Shown here: in pieces, positions 57,199 through 64,000 of the stretch | How the letters are laid out: each line of letters begins with the position of its first letter | Position numbering within the stretch: the stretch's first letter is position 1 | From: an uncultured delta proteobacterium | GTDB lineage: Bacteria; Desulfobacterota; Binatia; UBA9968 | Assembly: GCA_963745835.1 (NCBI GenBank) | Contig: CAVUZH010000022.1 | Coordinates: 128,001-192,000, forward strand | Direction: 5' to 3' | DNA: 64,000 nucleotides | Notes under the pieces: model-generated | The model's database searches: none | What the model saw: only the letters and a program-made list of their open reading frames with translations | What the model was told of the DNA's origin: nothing | Program-made: the position numbers and the translations under genes

Positions 57199-59613
57199 CT
57201 AGGGCTGGGTGCCAATGGTGAAGCCGATGACCGAAGTTTCATCCTCGGATTGCTTGTTCAGCGGGAAGCCAAGCTCGACACGCAAAGGACCGAACGGAGA
57301 CATCCATCGAGCGCCGAAGCCGATCGATTGCCTAAGCTCACTGAAACTGAATTTGTCAGATTCACTGAACGAATTTCCGATATCGAAGAAAGCCACGCCT
57401 CGAAGCCCGAATTGCTCCATGATCGGAAACATCAGCTCGGCGCTCAGAACGATGGCCCGGTCGCCACCGACTACTTCGGTGTCGTCGCAGATCCCATCAG
57501 CATTGCAATTGGCGGGTTCGCGCGGACCCAGGCTACGTTCGGCAAAGCCGCGAACGGAGTTGATCCCTCCAAGAAAGTAGCGCTCGAACAGCGGCAAATC
57601 CTTTTTGCCATTGTCTCGTTCGGCTAATCCGACGCCATACCCCAGGGATCCCCCCAAGGCCAGCACATAGGCGCCGCCCCAGTTCGGGTCTTTCAAAAGA
57701 GGATAATGCCAGCGGCCGCTCAAATCCGATTTGATGAAGCGATTATCGCCGCCCAATCCCGCAAACTTTACCGAGAAAGCTGATTTAGTTCCCTCGGTCG
57801 GGTTAAAAAAATGATCCCGGCTGTCGTAGCTGATGCTTGGGCTCATCGCGCTGGTTAACGATGTGCCCTTTTCGTCCTGAATCGTCGTCGGAGCTGTGGC
57901 TTCGACGTCGTTGATGGTTTCCCGAGTAAGCTCGTAATTCATCCCGCCGCGCATGTAGTCCCAAATCGTCGGCGGCGGGTTATTCGCCAGTTGATCCGAT
58001 CCAAGCGCAGGCTGCTTCCTCAGCCGGCCGAAAAACGGCACGCTGACATTCTTCAAAGGATAGCTAGTATTGATTCCGAAACCCAACTTTCTTTCATTGA
58101 AATCGTTGTATTCCCGCTCTGTGTTGAAGGCATTGATCCCTAAAGCCATCTGAGTGTCGTTGAAGTACGGCTCAGTGAACCCGACTATAAAGTCTTGACG
58201 GCTAGAGCCGATTGCGAAACTGCCGTTAAGTCCTTGCCCGCGGCCAAACAAATTCTTTTCAGCGATATTGGTGTTGAAAATAAACCCGTCACCGCTGCTG
58301 TATCCGGCGCCTATCGTGAATGTGCCCGTGGGCCCTTCCTTGACGTCGACCAGAACATCCACTGTATCGGGTTGGTCGGTTTTTTTCGTGGTCAGCTGGA
58401 CGTCCTCAAAATACCCCGTCCGTTGAAGCGCGTTTCGGCTCTGAGTGATTTTCGCGCTGGAATAAAGCTCTTGTTCTGAAGTCAGTAACTCCCTGCGCAC
58501 GACCTTATCCCTGGTTTTGGTGTTCCCCGCGACTAGAACTCGATTGAAGTACACCGGTGGACCCTTATCGATCACCAATGCGATATCGACCTTCTTTTCA
58601 CTTGCATTGACTTTGGTGACCGGTTCGATTTGCGCGAAAGCGAACCCTCTATTGGAGTAGAGATCGGTTAAGGTGGAAATATCGTCACGCAAACGGCTGC
58701 CTCTAAAGATCTGCCCTTCGGTGATTTTCACCTGCTTGAGCATCTCTTCGCCGCCCTGAATCAAATCGCCGCCGATCTCGACCTTGCCGACACGGTATTG
58801 CGGCCCTTCGTGGACTCTGATCACCAGTTCCAGCCCATCGCGGCCGCGTAACACCACCGGCTCATCGATCTTATGATCGATGTAGCCGTGATCGATGTAA
58901 TGATTACCTAAAATCGCAACATCATTGGTTAGGATGTCGCGATCCAGAATGCCGCGGTTTGTTATAAACGAAAAGAGCCACTCTTCCTTAGTGGCCATCA
59001 ATCCTTTGAGTTCGCTTTCGTTAAACGTACGATTACCTTCAAAGCTGATCTTTTTAATCAACAGCCGATTTCCCTCGTTTATATCAAGGACCAAAACGGC
59101 CTGATTGTTAGATTCAACCGTTACGGCATAATCCACCCGAGCATTCCCGTACCCCTGCTCGCCGTACAGCCTTCTGACCTTCTCGACCCCCTCGGCAACT
59201 CTGCTACGGTCGAGAACCGTTCGCGGTGTCACGCCGAGAGCGCCTTCAATCTTGTCACGCCCCACTTGTGAGGCGCCTTGTATTCTTACCTCGCGCACGT
59301 AGGGTTTCTCTTTGACTGAATAGATCAACACGTTCTCAGGGGAGAGCTGGGCTTCGACGTCATCGAAGAATCCCATCCTAAAAATCGCTTTGACATCTTG
59401 TTCGACGAGAGCGGGATCGAAATCGGCACCGGCCCGGCTTTTGATGTGAAGTCGAATACCGTCTTCTTCGACTCTCACATTGCCGGTTATCCTGACGTCT
59501 TTAAGGCTAACCTTTTCCTGTGCCCACAAGGCTGAAGTCAACGTAAGTGAAAGGACAAAAACACAACAAAGCACTGTCTGGAGAAATTCAACGATAGTGA
59601 ATTGCGGTTTCAT
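57199..59613 (-). CDS. bamA: Outer membrane protein assembly factor BamA
   Basis: POTRA repeats (GNTKTRDKVVRRE), SVRGF, WMSPFGPLR; likely start MKPQF at 59613. Confidence 0.95.
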   Translation of the reverse strand: MKPQFTIVEFLQTVLCCVFVLSLTLTSALWAQEKVSLKDVRITGNVRVEEDGIRLHIKSRAGADFDPALVEQDVKAIFRMGFFDDVEAQLSPENVLIYSVKEKPYVREVRIQGASQVGRDKIEGALGVTPRTVLDRSRVAEGVEKVRRLYGEQGYGNARVDYAVTVESNNQAVLVLDINEGNRLLIKKISFEGNRTFNESELKGLMATKEEWLFSFITNRGILDRDILTNDVAILGNHYIDHGYIDHKIDEPVVLRGRDGLELVIRVHEGPQYRVGKVEIGGDLIQGGEEMLKQVKITEGQIFRGSRLRDDISTLTDLYSNRGFAFAQIEPVTKVNASEKKVDIALVIDKGPPVYFNRVLVAGNTKTRDKVVRRELLTSEQELYSSAKITQSRNALQRTGYFEDVQLTTKKTDQPDTVDVLVDVKEGPTGTFTIGAGYSSGDGFIFNTNIAEKNLFGRGQGLNGSFAIGSSRQDFIVGFTEPYFNDTQMALGINAFNTEREYNDFNERKLGFGINTSYPLKNVSVPFFGRLRKQPALGSDQLANNPPPTIWDYMRGGMNYELTRETINDVEATAPTTIQDEKGTSLTSAMSPSISYDSRDHFFNPTEGTKSAFSVKFAGLGGDNRFIKSDLSGRWHYPLLKDPNWGGAYVLALGGSLGYGVGLAERDNGKKDLPLFERYFLGGINSVRGFAERSLGPREPANCNADGICDDTEVVGGDRAIVLSAELMFPIMEQFGLRGVAFFDIGNSFSESDKFSFSELRQSIGFGARWMSPFGPLRVELGFPLNKQSEDETSVIGFTIGTQP

Positions 59614-59692
59614 TCTGCCCGGGGCAAGACCTCTTTGGAGGGATGATACTGCTAAATTTTGTAGCAAATTTGCCTGATCTTGTAAAGCTAAA

Positions 59693-60382
59693 TCACGGGC
59701 AGTGAGTGATCGGGAACAACTGGCCATCACGCAACTCCAACTGCCGGCCGATCTTTTCAGCGAAGTCACGGTTGTGCGTCGCGATAACCAGCGCGACCCC
59801 GCGCTGTTCATTGAGCTGAAAGAGCAGGTCATGCACTTCCTGGCCGATGCGAAAGTCCAATGACCCCGTCGGCTCGTCGGCGAGAATCAGTTTGGGCTGA
59901 AGAATCACCGATCGCGCCACCGATACCCGCTGCTGCTCGCCTCCGGATAATTTACCAGGGCGATGGCTCATTCGCTCCTTGAGTCCGACGGATTCGAGGA
60001 GATCCTCCGCCTGCTCCCGGGCCTGCGCCGGCGAGATCCCTTGGATCAGCGCCGGCAGCATGACGTTCTCGAGAGCTGAAAAATCTGGCAACAAGTAATG
60101 GAACTGAAAAACAAAACCAATTTCTCGATTGCGGAAAGCTGAGACCGCGGTCTCGTCGTCCAATGGTAACTCCTTGCCCGAGTAAATGATTCGTCCGCTG
60201 GTCGGCCGGTCCAGCGTGCCGAGTATATGCAAAAGCGTGCTTTTACCGACACCGGATTCTCCGACAATCGCCAACCGCTCGGAGGTTTGCAACTCCAAGC
60301 TCAATTGACGCAGCACGACGATTTCCCTTCCTCCTTCGCTGTAGGATTTATCGATATCGCGCGCTGACAGGAGACTACTCAT
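59693..60382 (-). CDS. lolD: Lipoprotein-releasing ABC transporter ATP-binding subunit
   Basis: GESGVGKST, GFVFQFHYLL, LSGGEQQR, ADEPTG. Confidence 0.93.
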   Translation of the reverse strand: MSSLLSARDIDKSYSEGGREIVVLRQLSLELQTSERLAIVGESGVGKSTLLHILGTLDRPTSGRIIYSGKELPLDDETAVSAFRNREIGFVFQFHYLLPDFSALENVMLPALIQGISPAQAREQAEDLLESVGLKERMSHRPGKLSGGEQQRVSVARSVILQPKLILADEPTGSLDFRIGQEVHDLLFQLNEQRGVALVIATHNRDFAEKIGRQLELRDGQLFPITHCP

Positions 60383-61622
60383 AACGGATGATCTCGACCG
60401 GATCCAGTTTCGCGGCTTGCCGAGCCGGATAAATGCTGGCGAGCAAACAGACAATGAATGATGCCACGGTCACGATCATAAAATTACTGAAATAAATCCG
60501 CACCGGAACTGTGGAGATCAAGAACACATCTTTGGGCAGCTCAAACCGGTACTGGGCGATCAATGTGCAGACCAGAAGGCCAAGAAGTAGGCCCAACGTC
60601 GTCCCAACAATGCCAATGATAAATCCCTTGAGCAAAAAGATCTTTCGGATGCTGGCTCGGGTGGCACCCATCGACATCAAGATCGCAATATCCTTCCGTT
60701 TTTCCATCACCACCATGACTAGGGTCGAAATGATGTTAAAAGCGCCGATCAGAACCATCAACAGCAACACCAAAAAATAGACGGTCTTTTCCAGCTGCAG
60801 CGCGGAAAATAGGTTCGGCCATAGCCGGGTCCAATCTTCCGTAAGATAGGGAAATCCCAACTGTAACTGAATCCGATCGGCAATCTCACGCGATTGGTTG
60901 ACGTCATTGACCCGGATTTCTATGTTGCTGACCGCATCGCCAAGCTCGAAAAATTTTTGCGCGTCGGCAAGGCCCATAAACACCAAGGTCGAGTCAATTT
61001 CACTCATTCCGGTATTCAAGAGTCCCGTAATGACAAACCGGCGCACCTTTGGAATGACGCCGATGGCTGTTGGACTTCCAAGCGGAGAGACCACCTGAAT
61101 CGGACTACCGACAAAGACCCCGAGCTGAGCCGCCAGCCGCTCGCCCATGATCACGCCAGGGAGCATGATGGTGCGATCTTGCACCTGAACCGGATTCTGC
61201 TGCTTGAGGCCGGCGATGCTTCCTTGTTTCATGTAGCGTTGCAAATCGACAACGGCATTGACACGGTCCGGATCGACACCACGAACAACCACTCCCGAAA
61301 CCCGTGAGCCTGAGGTCAACATCACTTGGCCGTAAATCGCCGGCGAGGCGGCGACTACGCCCTCCTGCTTGACCACTTGTTGAACTAGCTCTTCGTACTC
61401 CGAAAGCTGATCGCCGGACTTCAGCAGAGCGATATGCGCGTTGATCCCGAGCAAGCGATCGCGCAGTGTTTCCTCGAACCCCGTCATGACCGCCATGACC
61501 ACGTTCAAAGTCATCACGCCGATCATAACGCCAAGCACGGAAATGACCGTGATCAGCGAGATGAAGGTTTCTTGTCGGCGAGCTCTCAGATATCTGAGAC
61601 CAATGAAAAGCTCGTAATTCAT
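60375..61622 (-). CDS. lolE: Lipoprotein-releasing ABC transporter permease (single LolC/E, LolF-like)
   Basis: FIGLRYLR, VMTGFE, EKRKDIAILMSMGA, YPARQAAKLDP. Confidence 0.92.
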   Translation of the reverse strand: MNYELFIGLRYLRARRQETFISLITVISVLGVMIGVMTLNVVMAVMTGFEETLRDRLLGINAHIALLKSGDQLSEYEELVQQVVKQEGVVAASPAIYGQVMLTSGSRVSGVVVRGVDPDRVNAVVDLQRYMKQGSIAGLKQQNPVQVQDRTIMLPGVIMGERLAAQLGVFVGSPIQVVSPLGSPTAIGVIPKVRRFVITGLLNTGMSEIDSTLVFMGLADAQKFFELGDAVSNIEIRVNDVNQSREIADRIQLQLGFPYLTEDWTRLWPNLFSALQLEKTVYFLVLLLMVLIGAFNIISTLVMVVMEKRKDIAILMSMGATRASIRKIFLLKGFIIGIVGTTLGLLLGLLVCTLIAQYRFELPKDVFLISTVPVRIYFSNFMIVTVASFIVCLLASIYPARQAAKLDPVEIIRYE

Positions 61623-61646
61623 GCTGGAGAAATTGGCTCGGGCGGG

Positions 61647-63152
61647 CTAGCGCTGCGGACGGAGCAATGGAAATAAGATAACGTCACGGATAGAGGCCGA
61701 ATTGGTGAAAAACATCACCAGCCGGTCGATGCCGATGCCTTCACCCGCCGCCGGCGGCATCCCATACTCAAGCGCGCGCAGATAATCTTCGTCAATTGGA
61801 TTAGCGGTATCATCTCCCGCGGCGCGCGCCTTCATCTGTTCGACAAACCGCTGCCGCTGGTCCGCCGGATCGTTCAACTCGGAGAAGGCATTGGCCAGCT
61901 CGCGTCCGGCGATAAATAGCTCAAATCGATCCACTAACGCAGGCTTGTTGTCGTTCTTGCGGGCCAGCGGAGAGACTTCAATGGGATATCCGGAAATAAA
62001 TGTCGGCTGGATTATTTTCGCCTCCGCCACCTCTTCGAAAACTTCAACTAACAAAGTACCATAAGGAGCATTGACATCTACCTGCAAGCCCTGACTCTTT
62101 GCGAAGCTTTGCAACCCGCCGATAGTGGCAATTTCTCTTGTCTCAACGCTACCATAAAGCGCGATGGCATCGGCAATGGTCATTCTGCGCCAGGGCGGCT
62201 TCAGATCGATGAGGTGCTCTCCGTAAGGAATCTGAAGGCTGCCGGCCACCTCATTGGCAAGCGAGACAAATAATTCTTCCGTTAGGCGCATGAGATCTTC
62301 GAACGTTGCGTAAGCCTGATAAAATTCCAGCATGGTAAATTCAGGATTATGGCGCACCGAAATTCCTTCATTGCGAAAATTGCGGTTGAGCTCAAAAACT
62401 CTTTCGATACCGCCCACCAGCAGGCGCTTTAAAAACAGCTCGGGGGCAATCCGCAGGGATAGTTCAAGATCGAGGGCGTTATGATGAGTGGTAAACGGCC
62501 GGGCGGCGGCTCCCCCAGGAATTGCCTGCATCATTGGAGTTTCCACTTCGAGAAAATCTCGCTCCTCAAAAAACTTCCGCACTAAACGGAGGATCCGAGA
62601 GCGCGTCTCGAAGACATCCCGCACTTCGGGATTGACCATTAGATCGACATAGCGCTGTCGGTACCTCGCCTCAACATCGGCTAAACCATGCCATTTCTCC
62701 GGCAAAGGCCGGAGACATTTCGCCAGCAGTCGGACGCTTTCAGCTTCGAGGGTCAATTCCTTTGTTTTGGTGCGAAAGAGATGGCCCGATACGCCGACTA
62801 TGTCGCCGACGTCAAACGACTGGAACAAAGCATATCCTTCGTCGCCGAGACGATCTTTGCGCGCGTAGACTTGCAACCTGCCTCTACGATCCTGAAGGTG
62901 AAAGAACGAAGCCTTGCCGAACTTACGTATGCCCATGATGCGCCCGGCCAAGATGATATCCGTTGCCACGCTCGGGAGATCTTCCTCGCTGCACTCGTTG
63001 AACTTGGATATGATTTCCGCTGTGGTGTGATTGGGTCGAAAGTCATTGGGGTAGATTTTGTGACCGGCTTCCCTGAGTTTTGCGAGTTTCTGCCGGCGCA
63101 CTTCAATTTGCTCGCCGGTCTCTTCTACAAGTTCTTTTTCGGACGTCGACAT
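61647..63152 (-). CDS. lysS: Lysine--tRNA ligase (class II)
   Basis: RYRQRYVDL, GGAAARPF, FRNEG...HNPEF, YGMPPAAGEGIGIDRL. Confidence 0.97.
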   Translation of the reverse strand: MSTSEKELVEETGEQIEVRRQKLAKLREAGHKIYPNDFRPNHTTAEIISKFNECSEEDLPSVATDIILAGRIMGIRKFGKASFFHLQDRRGRLQVYARKDRLGDEGYALFQSFDVGDIVGVSGHLFRTKTKELTLEAESVRLLAKCLRPLPEKWHGLADVEARYRQRYVDLMVNPEVRDVFETRSRILRLVRKFFEERDFLEVETPMMQAIPGGAAARPFTTHHNALDLELSLRIAPELFLKRLLVGGIERVFELNRNFRNEGISVRHNPEFTMLEFYQAYATFEDLMRLTEELFVSLANEVAGSLQIPYGEHLIDLKPPWRRMTIADAIALYGSVETREIATIGGLQSFAKSQGLQVDVNAPYGTLLVEVFEEVAEAKIIQPTFISGYPIEVSPLARKNDNKPALVDRFELFIAGRELANAFSELNDPADQRQRFVEQMKARAAGDDTANPIDEDYLRALEYGMPPAAGEGIGIDRLVMFFTNSASIRDVILFPLLRPQR

Positions 63153-63214
63153 CGGTGTCTGTGAAACGTACTATCGGCAAACGTTGAATTCAACGAGGCA
63201 GTCAGCAGAGAGCT

Positions 63215-64000
63215 CTAGATTCCGAGATTACCGCAGATCGCGCTGACTGAATGCGATTTATTCAAGGAGTAGAAATGCAGGCCTGTAACGCCGAACTGGA
63301 TCAACGCCTCGCATTGACGTGTCGCATATTCGATTCCTAGTTGAATTGCCGCATTATCGTCGTTTTCAACTTTGCTCAACGCTTGCTCTAACTGCGGTGG
63401 AATTCGCGCGCAACATAAAGCCGTAAAGCGGCGGATCTGGGGAGCGGAAACGATCGGCAAAACGCCCGGAATGATCGGCACTTGGATCCCTAGTTTCCTG
63501 ACATCTTCGAAATAGCGGTAATATTGATCGTTATCGAAAAATAATTGGGTGATGATCGCTTGAGCCCCAGCATCAATTTTTTCCTTCAGATAACCCAGAT
63601 CGGAGGCCCTACTTTTAGCTCGCGGATGAATCTCGGGAAAGCCTGCCACGGCAACCGAGAAGTAGCCGAAAGAAATTGCCTCTCGAACCAGTTCCACGGC
63701 ATGCTGGAAACCATCGGGATGCGGCTGCCAATTCGGCATCCCCGCCGGAGGATCCCCACCCAAAGCCAGGACATTTTCCAAACCTTTTTCCTGCAGGCGC
63801 TTGAGGACTCCGCGAGCATCATCCTTGGACTGGCCAACCACGGTCAAATGGCACATGGTTTCGAGACCGCATTCGCGATGAATTCGATCCACAAGATCGA
63901 CGGTTTTTTCGCGCGTGCTTCCGCCAGCCCCGTATGTAACAGAACAAAAAGCGGGTCTCAGCGATTTGATTAATTCGATCTCGCCGAAGAGGGCTTCCTC
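63215..64000 (-). CDS. metF: 5,10-methylenetetrahydrofolate reductase (5' end beyond the window)
   Basis: Frame open to the window edge: SVTYGAGGSTR, HLT, LALGGDPP, AGFPEIHP, ITQLFFD, HFYSLNK. Confidence 0.94.
   Translation of the reverse strand, partial: EEALFGEIELIKSLRPAFCSVTYGAGGSTREKTVDLVDRIHRECGLETMCHLTVVGQSKDDARGVLKRLQEKGLENVLALGGDPPAGMPNWQPHPDGFQHAVELVREAISFGYFSVAVAGFPEIHPRAKSRASDLGYLKEKIDAGAQAIITQLFFDNDQYYRYFEDVRKLGIQVPIIPGVLPIVSAPQIRRFTALCCARIPPQLEQALSKVENDDNAAIQLGIEYATRQCEALIQFGVTGLHFYSLNKSHSVSAICGNLGI

Noticed and set aside
1-64000. CRISPR array, tRNA/rRNA, prophage, transposase or defence system; long antisense ORFs such as 7222-7899, 14093-14776, 23668-24351 and 55689-56402
   Set aside because: No regularly spaced repeats, RNA gene signatures, or integrase/transposase/phage motifs seen; the antisense ORFs are shadows of well-supported genes.

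Overview
Bacterial chromosomal window from a diderm organism with moderate-to-high GC. The gene style (several NMT1/SsuA-type solute-binding proteins, two UbiD paralogues, LLM and amidohydrolase enzymes) suggests Deltaproteobacteria-like Ca. Binatia/Binatota, but that is inference only. Left half (1-28.7 kb) is accessory, metabolic and stress genes: a frameshifted LLM oxidoreductase, an ETR1-type ethylene-receptor-like PAS histidine kinase with its response regulator, a GST gene, an amidohydrolase-VOC-SBP-UbiD operon, cardiolipin synthase, hsp20-lon, class I aldolase, orphan SBPs, a tail-anchored AAA+ ATPase, Usp, rhomboid, a DUF4398 pair and a second UbiD. Right half (28.7-64 kb) is mostly one long minus-strand housekeeping and envelope cluster: metF(partial)-lysS-lolE-lolD-bamA-skp-lpxD-fabZ-lpxA-lpxI-gnnA-like-lpxB-msbA-waaA-lpxK-epimerase-VOC-ycaR-heptosyltransferase-LPS kinases-ArnT-like-GTs-rfaE1-yicC-gmk-rel, with rfaE2-rpmB on the plus strand. 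The most notable hidden signal is the GST gene (3393-3953, minus): it has an in-frame TGA at the catalytic Cys position (U-P-Y) followed by a bacterial SECIS-like hairpin, so it is probably a selenoprotein that the ORF track truncates. It sits directly upstream of the ethylene-receptor-like two-component pair. Several 1-nt frameshifts elsewhere suggest residual assembly errors or pseudogenes. No rRNA, tRNA, CRISPR array or transposase was seen.
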